The position numbers and the translations under genes are program-made. The notes beneath the pieces were generated by a model. The model ran no database searches and had not been told where the DNA came from. It worked only from the letters and a program-made list of their open reading frames with translations. DNA of 64,000 nucleotides from an uncultured Candidatus Saccharibacteria bacterium. GTDB taxonomy: Bacteria > Patescibacteriota > UBA1384 > DTJR01. Numbering within the stretch: position 1 is the stretch's first letter; the number at the start of each line of letters is the position of its first letter. The stretch spans positions 53,305 through 117,304 of the forward strand of contig CAZAOT010000002.1 of assembly GCA_964487045.1 (NCBI GenBank), written 5' to 3'. Below are positions 1 through 9,168 of the stretch, one piece after another.

Positions 1-564
1 TTCGAATTCGGACAGGGCTATGTTGCTCTTTCCAGAGTAAGAAGGCTCTCTGGCATATATATAATCGGCTGGAACGATGTAGCGTTTCAGGTGGATCCTG
101 AGGTGTTAGAAATGGACAAAGAGTTTCGTCTAGAATCCGAGCAAGCACAAATCGGATATGATCGCTTCTCAGCTGAAGATATTGATAAGATGCAAAAAAG
201 TTTTATCAAATATTGCGGTGGAAGTTTGGAGGTTGTAGATTTTGCACCAATAATTCACGAAAAAATTTCCACTCTAGATCAAACACTTAAACTCTGGAAG
301 GAAGGCCATCCGATAAATGAAATTGCCAAAAAGCGAGAAATTTCGGAAAAGACAGTGCTCGAACATATCGAGAAATTAGTCGAAACACATAAAATTCAAA
401 AAGAAGAATTATTTGGCGCCTTATCACCTGAGGCTCTCGAATCACTTAGTACTATCCACAAGGCCTTCCGATCCTTGAACACTACTAAACTTACTCCTAT
501 ATACGAAAAGCTCTCTGGCAAATTTTCCTACGACGACCTGAAAATCGCCCGAATGATGATGTGA
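1..564 (+). CDS. 3' fragment of a Pif1/RecD-family (SF1B) helicase with a C-terminal HTH-type tail; 5' end is outside the window
   Basis: Frame 1 is open from nt 1 (FEFGQGYVALSRVRRLSGIYIIGWN...). The YVALSRVR motif resembles helicase motif VI of Pif1-like helicases. It is followed by a ~100-aa helix-turn-helix-like tail (INEIAKKREISEKTVLEHIEKL). Stop at 562-564. Confidence 0.5.
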   Translation, partial: FEFGQGYVALSRVRRLSGIYIIGWNDVAFQVDPEVLEMDKEFRLESEQAQIGYDRFSAEDIDKMQKSFIKYCGGSLEVVDFAPIIHEKISTLDQTLKLWKEGHPINEIAKKREISEKTVLEHIEKLVETHKIQKEELFGALSPEALESLSTIHKAFRSLNTTKLTPIYEKLSGKFSYDDLKIARMMM

Positions 565-616
565 GATTTTCTATCGAGTATCGACAGCAAAATCAATATT
601 TAGTAGTTAGTAGCCA

Positions 617-844
617 GGCGAAAAGTGCGAGCACTTAAGCCTATTAATAATAGATAGCTCTCTGAAGTTGAAAGCTGGAACTGATTATCTTGGCAAACTT
701 GCCCAAGAATGAATTCCAGAAGGTTCAACAATGAGAGCTTCACCAAGGGCGTTGCGGGGGTAAGGAAATCGTTAAAAACCTAGGGGACACACCGAAAGTG
801 TCCTCTGGGTTGTTAACATCTATGCGAGCTTATAGCTCGCCAAT
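617..844. repeat. Copy A of a ~228-bp conserved element (candidate structured ncRNA / accessory-segment boundary repeat)
   Basis: Near-identical to 20487-20712 (about 20 substitutions over 228 bp, same orientation). Contains predicted helices AGCTCTC(656-662)/GAGAGCT(733-739), GTTGAA(667-672)/TTCAAC(724-729), hairpin CTTGG(689-693)/CCAAG(703-707), hairpin GGGGACAC(783-790)/GTGTCCTC(798-805) and terminal hairpin GCGAGCT(824-830)/AGCTCGC(834-840). Confidence 0.6.
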
Positions 845-937
845 AGATATTCAAATCTATACTTTGTGTTAGGTTTGTGCTATTGTAATTACGCCCTTTG
901 GCGCCAAAACGCCTTTTTTATTTTAAAAGGATTATGC

Positions 938-2389
938 ATGCAAGAAGAAGTATTTTTACGATTCAATGAAGTTAGCTTCGAATATCAACCTAATAAGCCC
1001 ATATTGGATGAGGCCTCATTCTCAGTGAGAAAGAATTCAAAGATTACTCTTATGGGTCAGAACGGAGCAGGTAAGAGTTCAATCTTCTCGCTTATCACCG
1101 GAGAGCTAAAGCCAAAGTCCGGACTAATTTCTATTAATGAGCAGGCGAGTATTGCAATTGGACGACAAGTCATGGCCAGAGAAGATCTACCTCTCACGAT
1201 CAAAGCATATTTTTCAAAAGCATTTAAGGATGTACCTTTTGAAATTGATAAGAGAATTGAGAAAGTCCTGGATGTCGTCAATTTAAAAATATCATCTGAT
1301 AAAATCGTCGGTGAGCTTTCTGGAGGACAGCAAGCTAGACTGCTTCTTGCTTTTGCCTTAATTCAAGAACCAGATATTTTACTTCTTGACGAGCCAACCA
1401 ACAATCTCGATCAGGCCGGTATAGATCATCTAATTACTTTCTTAGTCATGTATGAAAAAACAGTGATTGTAATTTCTCATGATGCAGACTTTCTAAATTG
1501 CTTTACTGAGGGAGTTGTTTATCTCGATAATTTCACTAAGAAGACCGAACAATACGTAGGTGACTATGAATCGGTAGTCAAGGAAATTTCAGAAAGAATC
1601 GAACGCGAAAGACGAAAAAACGCTCAGCTTAAAAAATCTATAATCGATCGCAAAGAGAAGGTTAACTTCTTTGCCCATAAGGGTGGAAAGATGAGAAGAC
1701 TTGCGCGCAAGCTCAAGGAAGAAACAGCTGACCTAGAAGAGAATATGGTATCGGTCAGAAAAGAAGATCGTGCAATTAGAGACTTTGAAATTCCCGCTCA
1801 AGAAATAGTTGGAAAAATTGTCGAAATTAGCGCAGTGAATAAAATCGAAAATCATGAACCAATAGTAAAAGAAGTTAATTTTACATTAAGACAGGGAATG
1901 CACTTACTAGTAACTGGACCAAATGGAATCGGAAAAAGTACACTACTTAGATCTCTTGCTAGTGGCAGAAATCCAAACGCCAAAATTATGGACGGAGTGA
2001 AGGTTGGCTACTACAGCCAAGATTTTTCGAATTTAAATTTTGACCAGACCGTAATGGAATCACTAGAAGAAATTAAGACTGATGGGATCGATGAGCAGAT
2101 GATGCGATCGATTGCAGCCGGTTTTCATGTGACAGGGGACTTGATGAGTCGAAAAATCTCAGAGCTTTCTGAAGGACAGAAAGGACTATTGTCATTTGCC
2201 AGACTAGTTTTGATGGAGCCGGGACTTTTAATCCTCGATGAGCCAACCAACCACATTAATTTTCGCCATCTACCTGTTATTGCCGAAGCGGTTAATGAAT
2301 ATGAAGGGGCGATGATTGTCGTTAGCCATATGAAAGAGTTTTTAGAGCAGATTAAATTTGATGAAGAATTGGATATTGGGAGAATATAA
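938..2389 (+). CDS. ABC-F family ATPase (two tandem ABC nucleotide-binding domains, no transmembrane domain)
   Basis: Two Walker A motifs (GQNGAGKSS, GPNGIGKST), two ABC signatures (LSGGQQARL, LSEGQKGLL) and two Walker B motifs (ILLLDEPTN, LLILDEPTN). Likely start is the ATG at 938 after AAAAGGA; the 866 start in the track is probably an upstream extension. Confidence 0.85.
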   Translation: MQEEVFLRFNEVSFEYQPNKPILDEASFSVRKNSKITLMGQNGAGKSSIFSLITGELKPKSGLISINEQASIAIGRQVMAREDLPLTIKAYFSKAFKDVPFEIDKRIEKVLDVVNLKISSDKIVGELSGGQQARLLLAFALIQEPDILLLDEPTNNLDQAGIDHLITFLVMYEKTVIVISHDADFLNCFTEGVVYLDNFTKKTEQYVGDYESVVKEISERIERERRKNAQLKKSIIDRKEKVNFFAHKGGKMRRLARKLKEETADLEENMVSVRKEDRAIRDFEIPAQEIVGKIVEISAVNKIENHEPIVKEVNFTLRQGMHLLVTGPNGIGKSTLLRSLASGRNPNAKIMDGVKVGYYSQDFSNLNFDQTVMESLEEIKTDGIDEQMMRSIAAGFHVTGDLMSRKISELSEGQKGLLSFARLVLMEPGLLILDEPTNHINFRHLPVIAEAVNEYEGAMIVVSHMKEFLEQIKFDEELDIGRI

Positions 2390-2827
2390 CTAGATCTGGG
2401 TAACTTTTATATTATTCACAGACAGAAGGGCTGCAAAAACACCGTAACCATTTATCTTATTACCCGTGAATGTACCGTCATAAATGCTACCAGCGCCGCA
2501 AGATGGACTACCTGATTTCAAAACAACTTCTTCAGCGCCAAATTCCTTTACTATTTCAAGAGCTTTTTCAGCACCGGCTAGATATTCCTTAGTTACATCT
2601 TTACCATTTGAATCTATTATCTTTGCTTTGCCATTTATCACATCAAATCCATCTCCTCCCACTATTTCACATGCTGGTCTTGGTACGCCTAAATTTGCTA
2701 GTAGCTCAGGACACAACAGGATTGCCTCGCTACCTTCAAATGACTTTCTGGCTTCTTCCGAAAGCTTGCCTTTACCGTCATACCTGCAATTTACTCCTAA
2801 TAAACATGCGCTTATAACTTTTTTCAT
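2390..2827 (-). CDS. DUF523-family protein (TudS-like, 2-thiouracil desulfidase family)
   Basis: N-terminal VISACLLGxNCRYDG... and LCPE...GVPRP plus SGSPSCG motifs, characteristic of the DUF523 family. Confidence 0.65.
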   Translation of the reverse strand: MKKVISACLLGVNCRYDGKGKLSEEARKSFEGSEAILLCPELLANLGVPRPACEIVGGDGFDVINGKAKIIDSNGKDVTKEYLAGAEKALEIVKEFGAEEVVLKSGSPSCGAGSIYDGTFTGNKINGYGVFAALLSVNNIKVTQI

Positions 2828-3032
2828 ACTTGTATTTTAGTTTAATTTCAAAAATGAACAAGGGCCCTCGTTTCCGAGGGCCCCGTTTGGCTGAGCGATT
2901 ACGACCGCGCATTACTGCTTGGTCGCGGCCGCCAGAGAAAAGCAATATTCCCCGGCCGTCAAAGTTGTGGTTCGTTGCGACGTCAATTCGCTCACGAACA
3001 AGTTCCACCGCCCTGTCTGCCAAATCGCGCAT
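2778..3032 (-). pseudogene. GC-rich remnant resembling the N-terminus of a PP-loop (SGGxD) ATPase, truncated by a hairpin
   Basis: AAAGGAG Shine-Dalgarno 5 nt upstream of the ATG at 3032. Encodes MRDLADRAVELVRERIDVATNHNFDGRGILLFSGGRDQ..., then runs through the perfect hairpin GGGCCCTCG-TTTC-CGAGGGCCC (2862-2883) into the tudS start. Local GC is far above the flanks. Confidence 0.25.
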
Positions 3033-3328
3033 GATGGCTCCTTTCGCTCCTCAATCGATGATGTAACAGCTGATTGTCAATGATCAATCAAGACAATTTA
3101 GCACTATAGTAAATCGCAGTCAATACTTAAATAGAAATATTTGAGAGCACTAATCATTCAGGACCTTGCCTCTCGGTATACGACGATGCTCGCTCCTGTT
3201 GAATTATTGAAATTATACAACATTCTTATAAATTATCAACACTAAAACCTGAGGTTTTTTCTCAGCTTGCATATAATAGTAATTGTCATTATGATTTAAC
3301 TGCCGCTAAAATATTTAAAGGAAAAATT

Positions 3329-3763
3329 ATGAAAAAAGTTGTTGAGAAAATTGCGAAGGAATTAGAAGGAAAAGTTAGCGAGAAGAAAGGAATTATCAGT
3401 GTTGAGGCAACCATCGCTGAGAGAAAAGCATTTCTATCAAAAAAGAAATTGACCTATTCATTCCAAGCAAAGATAAACGATGAAGATAAGTCGGTATTGT
3501 TTTCTGAAATGCTTAAGGAAGCCGGTTCTGGATTTAGCTCTGGTGGGGGATTTGATGGCGAAATGTCGACTGGGTTTGGATTCAAAAAAGAATCATACAA
3601 TACGATGAGTGGATCAAGAGAAGGCTCAATCGAAGAAAGCTCAAAACTTTTCGGCAAAGATTATCAGTATAAATTCGACTATTCCAAAGTACGAAAAGAA
3701 ATAGAATCAGCCGCAAAAGAAAAGGGATATAAGTTCGAGTATCAGATTCTCCCAATTAGATAA
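3329..3763 (+). CDS. Hypothetical cytoplasmic protein (K/E-rich, Gly-rich middle)
   Basis: Clean ORF with upstream AGGAAAA RBS, followed by a strong bidirectional terminator. No recognisable motif. Confidence 0.5.
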   Translation: MKKVVEKIAKELEGKVSEKKGIISVEATIAERKAFLSKKKLTYSFQAKINDEDKSVLFSEMLKEAGSGFSSGGGFDGEMSTGFGFKKESYNTMSGSREGSIEESSKLFGKDYQYKFDYSKVRKEIESAAKEKGYKFEYQILPIR

Positions 3764-3765
3764 TT

Positions 3766-3807
3766 AAAAAAATCCCTCGCTGATAATTATGACGAGGGAT
3801 TTTTTTG
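3766..3807. terminator. Bidirectional intrinsic terminator
   Basis: ATCCCTCG(3772-3779)/CGAGGGAT(3793-3800) stem flanked by an A-run and a T-run, between convergent genes. Confidence 0.7.
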
Positions 3808-3813
3808 TTTTGA

Positions 3814-4698
3814 TTATTCGCTTATCTTGAGATCTATTGTTTTGACTATTTTTCCTTCTTTTTCAGCGCGATCATGATTGATCGAGTAGCTTTTAGTTCC
3901 GTTGTCCATATCTTCGCTTTCCATAAAGGGGAGCCCATCTACTACTTCGAACACATTGTCGGTAAATATCTGCTGATATCTCCCCTCAGAAAAATTTGTA
4001 TCTATTGTGTAATGCCAGTAGAAATTGCTTGTTGGTCCATCTGGCGTGCCTTGCGGTCGATAGAAGGTAGCTAGAGCTTGCGATTCGGTATAAGGCGCAG
4101 GTAGTGAGCCAGCGTTGGCATAGACTGGGCTCAAGGCTCCGTAATCATTGTATCCTCGCGAAGTATCTGATGGCTTATGCATTCTAATTATGTAGTTATA
4201 TAGAGGACTACCATAGAAGCTTGTATCAGGGTTTTGCGCCAGATCGGACGAAAATGTCGCCACATAGTAGGCCTTCAGCCTGCAGTTTGTAGCATCTATT
4301 TTAATTGCTACCTGCCCAACAAGACCTTCTCCGGAAATTTTTAATAGCTTATTATCGTACTTAGCGATATATGGCTTACACTCTTCGACAGTTAGTTTTT
4401 TACCTTGTGACGAGCCAGATGATTTTCCGCTAGAAGCTCCTCCTACAAACATAAATATAATAGTAATTAAAATTAATACACTGAAGCTTATCCACATAAT
4501 AATCTGAGTGATCTTGAATAGTACTATTATTTTTGCAAAAAATATCAAATAGAAAACGATCCAAATAATTAGCAAAATCCAGAACCACAGTGTGAAACCG
4601 ATAAAAATTAATAGCATAATCAAGCTTATTAGCGCCAAGGCTAGCATTATAAGCATCGCGAACTTACTATCTTTCTTTACTCTTTCAATAAAATTCAT
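3814..4698 (-). CDS. Membrane protein: 3-4 N-terminal transmembrane helices and a C-terminal extracytoplasmic domain
   Basis: Hydrophobic N-terminal 90 aa (LIMLLIFIGFTLWFWILLIIWIVFYLIFFAKIIVLF...), then a Ser/Gly linker and a ~190-aa globular region. Confidence 0.55.
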   Translation of the reverse strand: MNFIERVKKDSKFAMLIMLALALISLIMLLIFIGFTLWFWILLIIWIVFYLIFFAKIIVLFKITQIIMWISFSVLILITIIFMFVGGASSGKSSGSSQGKKLTVEECKPYIAKYDNKLLKISGEGLVGQVAIKIDATNCRLKAYYVATFSSDLAQNPDTSFYGSPLYNYIIRMHKPSDTSRGYNDYGALSPVYANAGSLPAPYTESQALATFYRPQGTPDGPTSNFYWHYTIDTNFSEGRYQQIFTDNVFEVVDGLPFMESEDMDNGTKSYSINHDRAEKEGKIVKTIDLKISE

Positions 4699-4914
4699 AT
4701 CTCTCCCACTCCGTGAATTTCGCTCCTCGACGGAAGAAATTCCGGAAGTCCCGTATCAAGTCCCGATGCGTAACGCGGATGAATAATCCGACGTGAAGCT
4801 TTCGAGAGTTGAGACTGGGATAATTATTTAATTACATAAAATATCTCAAATTTTAACATTATTTCAATGTTTTAATGGTTGAACAAAGATCATATCTAGC
4901 GTAATATTTCTATC

Positions 4915-5478
4915 ATGAGAAAAACTTATCTTAATAAAAAGATTCTATATTACACTGCAGGAATTATATTGATAGTAATCATTACTTATTTAACGCCGGA
5001 CAGTGCACTCAAAGTACTGCTTCAATCAAATTTTACCTACAAGAATGATCGCTATGAGAATAAAAATTTTGAGCTAATAATCGATAAGTTAAACATCAAA
5101 TCACCTGTGATTTTAGATGTTGACCCGGTGAACAAGGACGTTTATAACCAAGAGCTTACTAAAGGAGTCGCCCATATGAAAGGAACTGCGATGCCGGGTG
5201 ATAAGGGGAATGTATTTATCTATGGACATTCTTCGTCAGATATTAAAAGCCCTTATGATAAAATATTCTCTAACTTAAACAATTTAAACAACGACGATAA
5301 AATTATAATTAACTATAAAAATAGTGTATATACGTATCGAGTTATTGAAAAAAAAATCGTTGAGAAAACAGACCTAAGTGTTATTGAGCAAAAAAATAAT
5401 TCACTTTTGACTTTGATGACTTGCTGGCCACTGGGGACAACCGAGAAACGCTTGATAATAATTGCTGAACAAAGCTAG
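4915..5478 (+). CDS. Sortase family transpeptidase
   Basis: N-terminal transmembrane anchor, conserved His in a YGHS context, and the catalytic TLMTCWP (TLxTC) motif. Confidence 0.75.
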   Translation: MRKTYLNKKILYYTAGIILIVIITYLTPDSALKVLLQSNFTYKNDRYENKNFELIIDKLNIKSPVILDVDPVNKDVYNQELTKGVAHMKGTAMPGDKGNVFIYGHSSSDIKSPYDKIFSNLNNLNNDDKIIINYKNSVYTYRVIEKKIVEKTDLSVIEQKNNSLLTLMTCWPLGTTEKRLIIIAEQS

Positions 5479-5616
5479 AAAAGAGTTGGGGAAACCCGCT
5501 TATTTTTGATAATTATGACTTGAAATTAGTAGCATAAGCTTATGTTTATTTTAATCTAGATATATCTGTAATAACAATTAAAAATTGATTGAAAGTAAAA
5601 ATATTTAGGGGAGAAA

Positions 5617-5970
5617 ATGAAACTAAACGATATCTACAAATGTGAGGTGTGCGGCAATGTGGTTGAACTGACATTCGTCGGTGGCGGGGAATTAGTTTGC
5701 TGCGGCAAACCAATGATTCAACAAGCGCCAAAGTCTGAGGATCAAGGCACCGAAAAGCATAAACCTGTCATAAATGACGAGGATGTTGAAGTGGGATCCG
5801 TTCCTCATCCCATGGAAGAAGAGCATTTTATTACCTGGATTGAATCAGTCGATGGAGAGGATGTGTATCGAGTGAACCTGAAACCAGGCGATGATCCAAA
5901 AGCCAAATTCGGCTCTGCGGTCAAAGAAGCTCGAGCTTACTGCAACGTCCACGGTCTCTGGAAGAGTTGA
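5617..5970 (+). CDS. dfx: Desulfoferrodoxin / superoxide reductase (2Fe-SOR)
   Basis: N-terminal desulforedoxin-like CxxCG...CCG motif. C-terminal SOR domain with HPMEEEHFITWIE and YCNVHGLW (Cys-His iron ligands). Confidence 0.85.
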   Translation: MKLNDIYKCEVCGNVVELTFVGGGELVCCGKPMIQQAPKSEDQGTEKHKPVINDEDVEVGSVPHPMEEEHFITWIESVDGEDVYRVNLKPGDDPKAKFGSAVKEARAYCNVHGLWKS

Positions 5971-5993
5971 ATCAAGTTCAGCTAGAGCTGATT

Positions 5994-6584
5994 TTACTTT
6001 ACGAGATCATCTATATATTTTTTTATAAATCTTCTAGCTGGAGAAGTAAGTTTGTATTTAAGTGCTGCTTCCAATTCCACCCATTCGAAGCAAGATGATT
6101 CATCATTTATTGTTATTTTATCCAATTCTTTTACATGGAATTCATAAATATGCCATTTGTGGTGGTCGGCACCCCGACGACATGGATCATCGTCAAGATC
6201 GTATTCCATGATATTCTTCATCTTTTCGGGCCTTATGCCGACTTCCTCCAACACTTCTCTTGTTGCCGAATCTTCAGGCATTTCACTTGAGTTCACGTGA
6301 CCAGCAGGTATGGAATAGCCAAAGGGAAATTTGCTTAATTTTATTAAAAGAAGTTGGTTATTATCATTGAATATAAATGCTCCTACACTTTCATGCCAAT
6401 AATTATTTTCTTTGTCAAACCAATACTTAATTTTTTTATCAATTATTATTGAACGCTCAGATTTTGCTTTACAGCCAGAGCAGAAAAAATTACCATCTTT
6501 CTGTTTTTGAATATTATTACTGTAGCACTTAGGGCAAAACTCTCCCTTATCAACTCGTTGAATACTTTTATTAGTTATTTTCAT
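5994..6584 (-). CDS. NUDIX hydrolase with N-terminal zinc-ribbon
   Basis: CPKC...CSGC zinc ribbon, then the Nudix box GHVNSSEMPEDSATREVLEEVGI (GX5EX7REVXEEXGU). Confidence 0.8.
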   Translation of the reverse strand: MKITNKSIQRVDKGEFCPKCYSNNIQKQKDGNFFCSGCKAKSERSIIIDKKIKYWFDKENNYWHESVGAFIFNDNNQLLLIKLSKFPFGYSIPAGHVNSSEMPEDSATREVLEEVGIRPEKMKNIMEYDLDDDPCRRGADHHKWHIYEFHVKELDKITINDESSCFEWVELEAALKYKLTSPARRFIKKYIDDLVK

Positions 6585-6698
6585 AATTTACCCTATATTT
6601 TGATAAAAATATCATAGAATACTCACGATATCTAGTTTCTCCTCTTCAGCTATTTACAAAATAATAATTAAGTCTATAATCTTGAAAAACCCACAGAA

Positions 6699-7712
6699 AT
6701 GTTTGACTTCAAAGTAAAACAAATAAATTCAGACTTTCTAGTAACGGAAGTCCCACTACTGCCGGAAGTTAAGAGCCCTCAAAAAAGCAATTACACATAC
6801 GTCTGGTTAAGTAAAAGTAACTATACAACCTTTCGATCTTTAGAGTTAATATCAAAAAAATTCAATATATCGTTAGCAGATGTTAATGCACAAGGCTTAA
6901 AAGACGAAGATGCAATTACATCTCAAATTATCTCACTTAAGAAAATATTAACACCTAGCCAGGTTAATGCATTTAATCTAGAATCTCGTAAATCCTCAAA
7001 GACTTATATGAAAATTGATAGGATTATTGGTTATGGTAAATATCCTGTTCAAGAAAGAAATCTTCATGGCAATTGCTTCGAAGTCACGATTCGAAATCTC
7101 GAATTGAGTAGAGCTGAAAAGTTGGAAGAATTATTAAGAAACCATAGAACACTATCGTTTATCAACTATTACGATAGCCAAAGATTTGGAATGCCAGGCG
7201 GTCCTTACAATACTCACCTAATAGGCAGATCTATAATTGATAATAATTTAGATAAGCTCAAAAAAGAGCTTTTAAAGTCAAATAATAATATTAATGTTAA
7301 TACTATTAAAACCTGGGATAATTTTTACGAACAAGTAGACAGTAGAAAGATTTCATTCTTTATAAATTCATACAATAGCGCACTGTTCAATACTGAATTA
7401 TCGAGCCAGGTCCGCTTCAATAACAAAAGCCAAAGAGTTGAATTTAACAATCTACCAAAATTGTATCTTCCCAAAACACCTCACTATCTAATTGCAAACA
7501 ACATTATTATCGATGGTTATTCCATAAAGGATCGATCTGTCATAAAAAAGACTAAGACGAGACTCTCTTCAGTTCAAACCGCAATATATTCAAAAAAAAT
7601 ACAAAAAGACAGAATTAATTTAGGTAAATACTCACTAACAGTTTCATTCTATCTGCCAACGGGAAGCTACGGAACAATGCTTATAAGCCAGCTGGTCTAT
7701 TGGTCGAGATAA
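6699..7712 (+). CDS. truD: tRNA pseudouridine synthase TruD-like
   Basis: GLKDEDAIT matches the TruD GxKDxxA catalytic-Asp motif. NYYDSQRFG matches the TruD NYFGxQRFG motif. Confidence 0.6.
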   Translation: MFDFKVKQINSDFLVTEVPLLPEVKSPQKSNYTYVWLSKSNYTTFRSLELISKKFNISLADVNAQGLKDEDAITSQIISLKKILTPSQVNAFNLESRKSSKTYMKIDRIIGYGKYPVQERNLHGNCFEVTIRNLELSRAEKLEELLRNHRTLSFINYYDSQRFGMPGGPYNTHLIGRSIIDNNLDKLKKELLKSNNNINVNTIKTWDNFYEQVDSRKISFFINSYNSALFNTELSSQVRFNNKSQRVEFNNLPKLYLPKTPHYLIANNIIIDGYSIKDRSVIKKTKTRLSSVQTAIYSKKIQKDRINLGKYSLTVSFYLPTGSYGTMLISQLVYWSR

Positions 7713-7746
7713 AAAAGAAGAGGCGGGCTGCAAACAGCCCGCCCCA
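7711..7746. terminator. Bidirectional terminator at the low-GC / high-GC junction
   Basis: GGCGGGCTG(7722-7730)-CAAA-CAGCCCGCC(7735-7743), preceded by an A-run. Confidence 0.65.
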
Positions 7747-7756
7747 GTGCGATCAC

Positions 7757-8029
7757 CTAGTCGCCGCAGTACCCCTTCTTCGTAACACGGTTACCGATGA
7801 TCTTGTTGGCATCGCGCCCGCGGATTTTAACCCGCCTGGCAAACTCTGTGCCACACTTTGGACAATTCAACTTGCCACCAGTGTTGTCTTCAGTGATTCC
7901 ACTCACGTAGCACTTCACTAGATGACCCGGCCCCTCCTTGTTGTACTTGTAAAGAAGGAACTGGCACTTTGAGCAGTAGACTTCAATTGGATATATGCCC
8001 TTTCCCCCTTTTTGTTTCCTTTTTGGCAT
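7757..8029 (-). CDS. Small zinc-ribbon protein (GC-rich operon)
   Basis: CSKC...CPKCG pairs and a basic N-terminus; GC about 52%; immediately upstream of the DHOD-like gene on the same strand. Confidence 0.4.
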   Translation of the reverse strand: MPKRKQKGGKGIYPIEVYCSKCQFLLYKYNKEGPGHLVKCYVSGITEDNTGGKLNCPKCGTEFARRVKIRGRDANKIIGNRVTKKGYCGD

Positions 8030-8037
8030 GAGACACC

Positions 8038-9168
8038 TCAGTATGATGTGGTTATAGCTTTATGCGGACAAGTCCCCACACATGCGTTGCATCCTACGCA
8101 TTTTGCTGAATCTATCGTCGGCTTAAGGTCAGCGAATGTCATCGCTGAGAACCCACACACGTGGACGCATTTTGCACACATCCTGCACTTGTCCAAGTTG
8201 ACTATAGGCGTAGTGGGGTTGAACCTGCTTTCACAGTCAGACCACCTTTGAGATACACCGATCAACGAACGTATGTCTGGATACTGTGAATTTGACTCAA
8301 GAAACCTTAGTATTTCACAAGAGATTCTCTTGAAGACTCCAGGACCCTCAAGGGCTGGCGCGGTATAAAGTTGTACAGCACTAGCGCCAGCCATGATCAT
8401 CTGGATAACACGTTCGCCCGTGTTGACTCCACCTGATCCTACCACTGGAATTGCTAGCGCACTAGAGAGTGTGTATACACACCACAGGGCAATCGGAAAG
8501 ACCGCGTCACCTGTCACGCCACCAGCACCGCCCTTAACCCCTAAGGTCGGCTTAGTGGTGTTGATATCTAGAAAGAGACCAGGACCGATTGAGTTGGTTG
8601 TCACGACACAATCGGCTCCCTCTCTCTCTGCCTCTAAAGCCATTTCCGTGATGAGAGGCGAGTATGATAGCTTCACCCAAACAGGAAGATCAATGGCGGA
8701 TCGAAGTGTCCCCACAGTCCGCCTCAGATGCTCATAGTTGATGTTCAGATTGCCATGCAATGCACCAGAGTGCGCGCATGAAACATTGACCTCGAAAGCA
8801 TCAACGTGACCTGTTCGCGCAAATTGACGAGCAAGCCGGACGCAGCCTTCGATGTCACGTGCGCTTAGAGAAACGATTAGCGCTCCATGTTTCTTAGCGG
8901 CAATAGTGTACTCGTTAAGCCAGGTCTGCCACGATGTCTGGTTGCTCCACTCGCAGTTCAGCATCGATCCATTGCCAAAGACGTGGTAACGCGGACTCGG
9001 TATATTCCTGCGTTCCTCAGGTACTGTCTCGCGCAAAGATCTCGTGACCATCCCGCTGCACCCCTCTGACACACTCCTTACAAAGAAATCCGGAGATTCA
9101 GTGATATGGCCCGAGGCCAAAAGCAGCGGAGTCGATAGCTCAACACTGCCGACACTTGCACTAATCAT
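8038..9168 (-). CDS. Dihydroorotate/dihydropyrimidine dehydrogenase-family flavoprotein fused to a C-terminal 2x[4Fe-4S] ferredoxin domain (PreA-like)
   Basis: DHOD-fold motifs (LLLASGH, TTNSIGPG, VVGSGGV, MAGASAVQ) plus C-terminal CRMCAKCVHVC and CVGCNACVGTCP clusters. High GC. Confidence 0.7.
   Translation of the reverse strand: MISASVGSVELSTPLLLASGHITESPDFFVRSVSEGCSGMVTRSLRETVPEERRNIPSPRYHVFGNGSMLNCEWSNQTSWQTWLNEYTIAAKKHGALIVSLSARDIEGCVRLARQFARTGHVDAFEVNVSCAHSGALHGNLNINYEHLRRTVGTLRSAIDLPVWVKLSYSPLITEMALEAEREGADCVVTTNSIGPGLFLDINTTKPTLGVKGGAGGVTGDAVFPIALWCVYTLSSALAIPVVGSGGVNTGERVIQMIMAGASAVQLYTAPALEGPGVFKRISCEILRFLESNSQYPDIRSLIGVSQRWSDCESRFNPTTPIVNLDKCRMCAKCVHVCGFSAMTFADLKPTIDSAKCVGCNACVGTCPHKAITTSY

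Noticed and set aside
721-730. GGTTCAACA in the 228-bp repeat resembling a tRNA T-loop
   Set aside because: No acceptor, D or anticodon arms can be drawn around it; not a tRNA or tRNA fragment.
866-937. Upstream extension of the ABC-F ORF (MLGLCYCNYALWRQ...)
   Set aside because: Cys/Tyr-rich, no RBS. The ATG at 938 has an AAAGGA RBS and begins the canonical ABC N-terminus.
1057-1281. 74-aa minus-strand ORF inside the ABC-F gene
   Set aside because: Entirely antisense to a strongly supported CDS; no RBS.
2484-2840. Plus-strand ORFs 2484-2840 and 2608-2817
   Set aside because: Antisense to the DUF523/TudS-like gene; low-complexity translations.
2830-3066. Plus-strand 78-aa ORF across the GC-rich patch
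   Set aside because: Arg/Pro-rich, no RBS. The opposite strand has an SD-preceded frame resembling a PP-loop ATPase N-terminus, which I report as a remnant instead.
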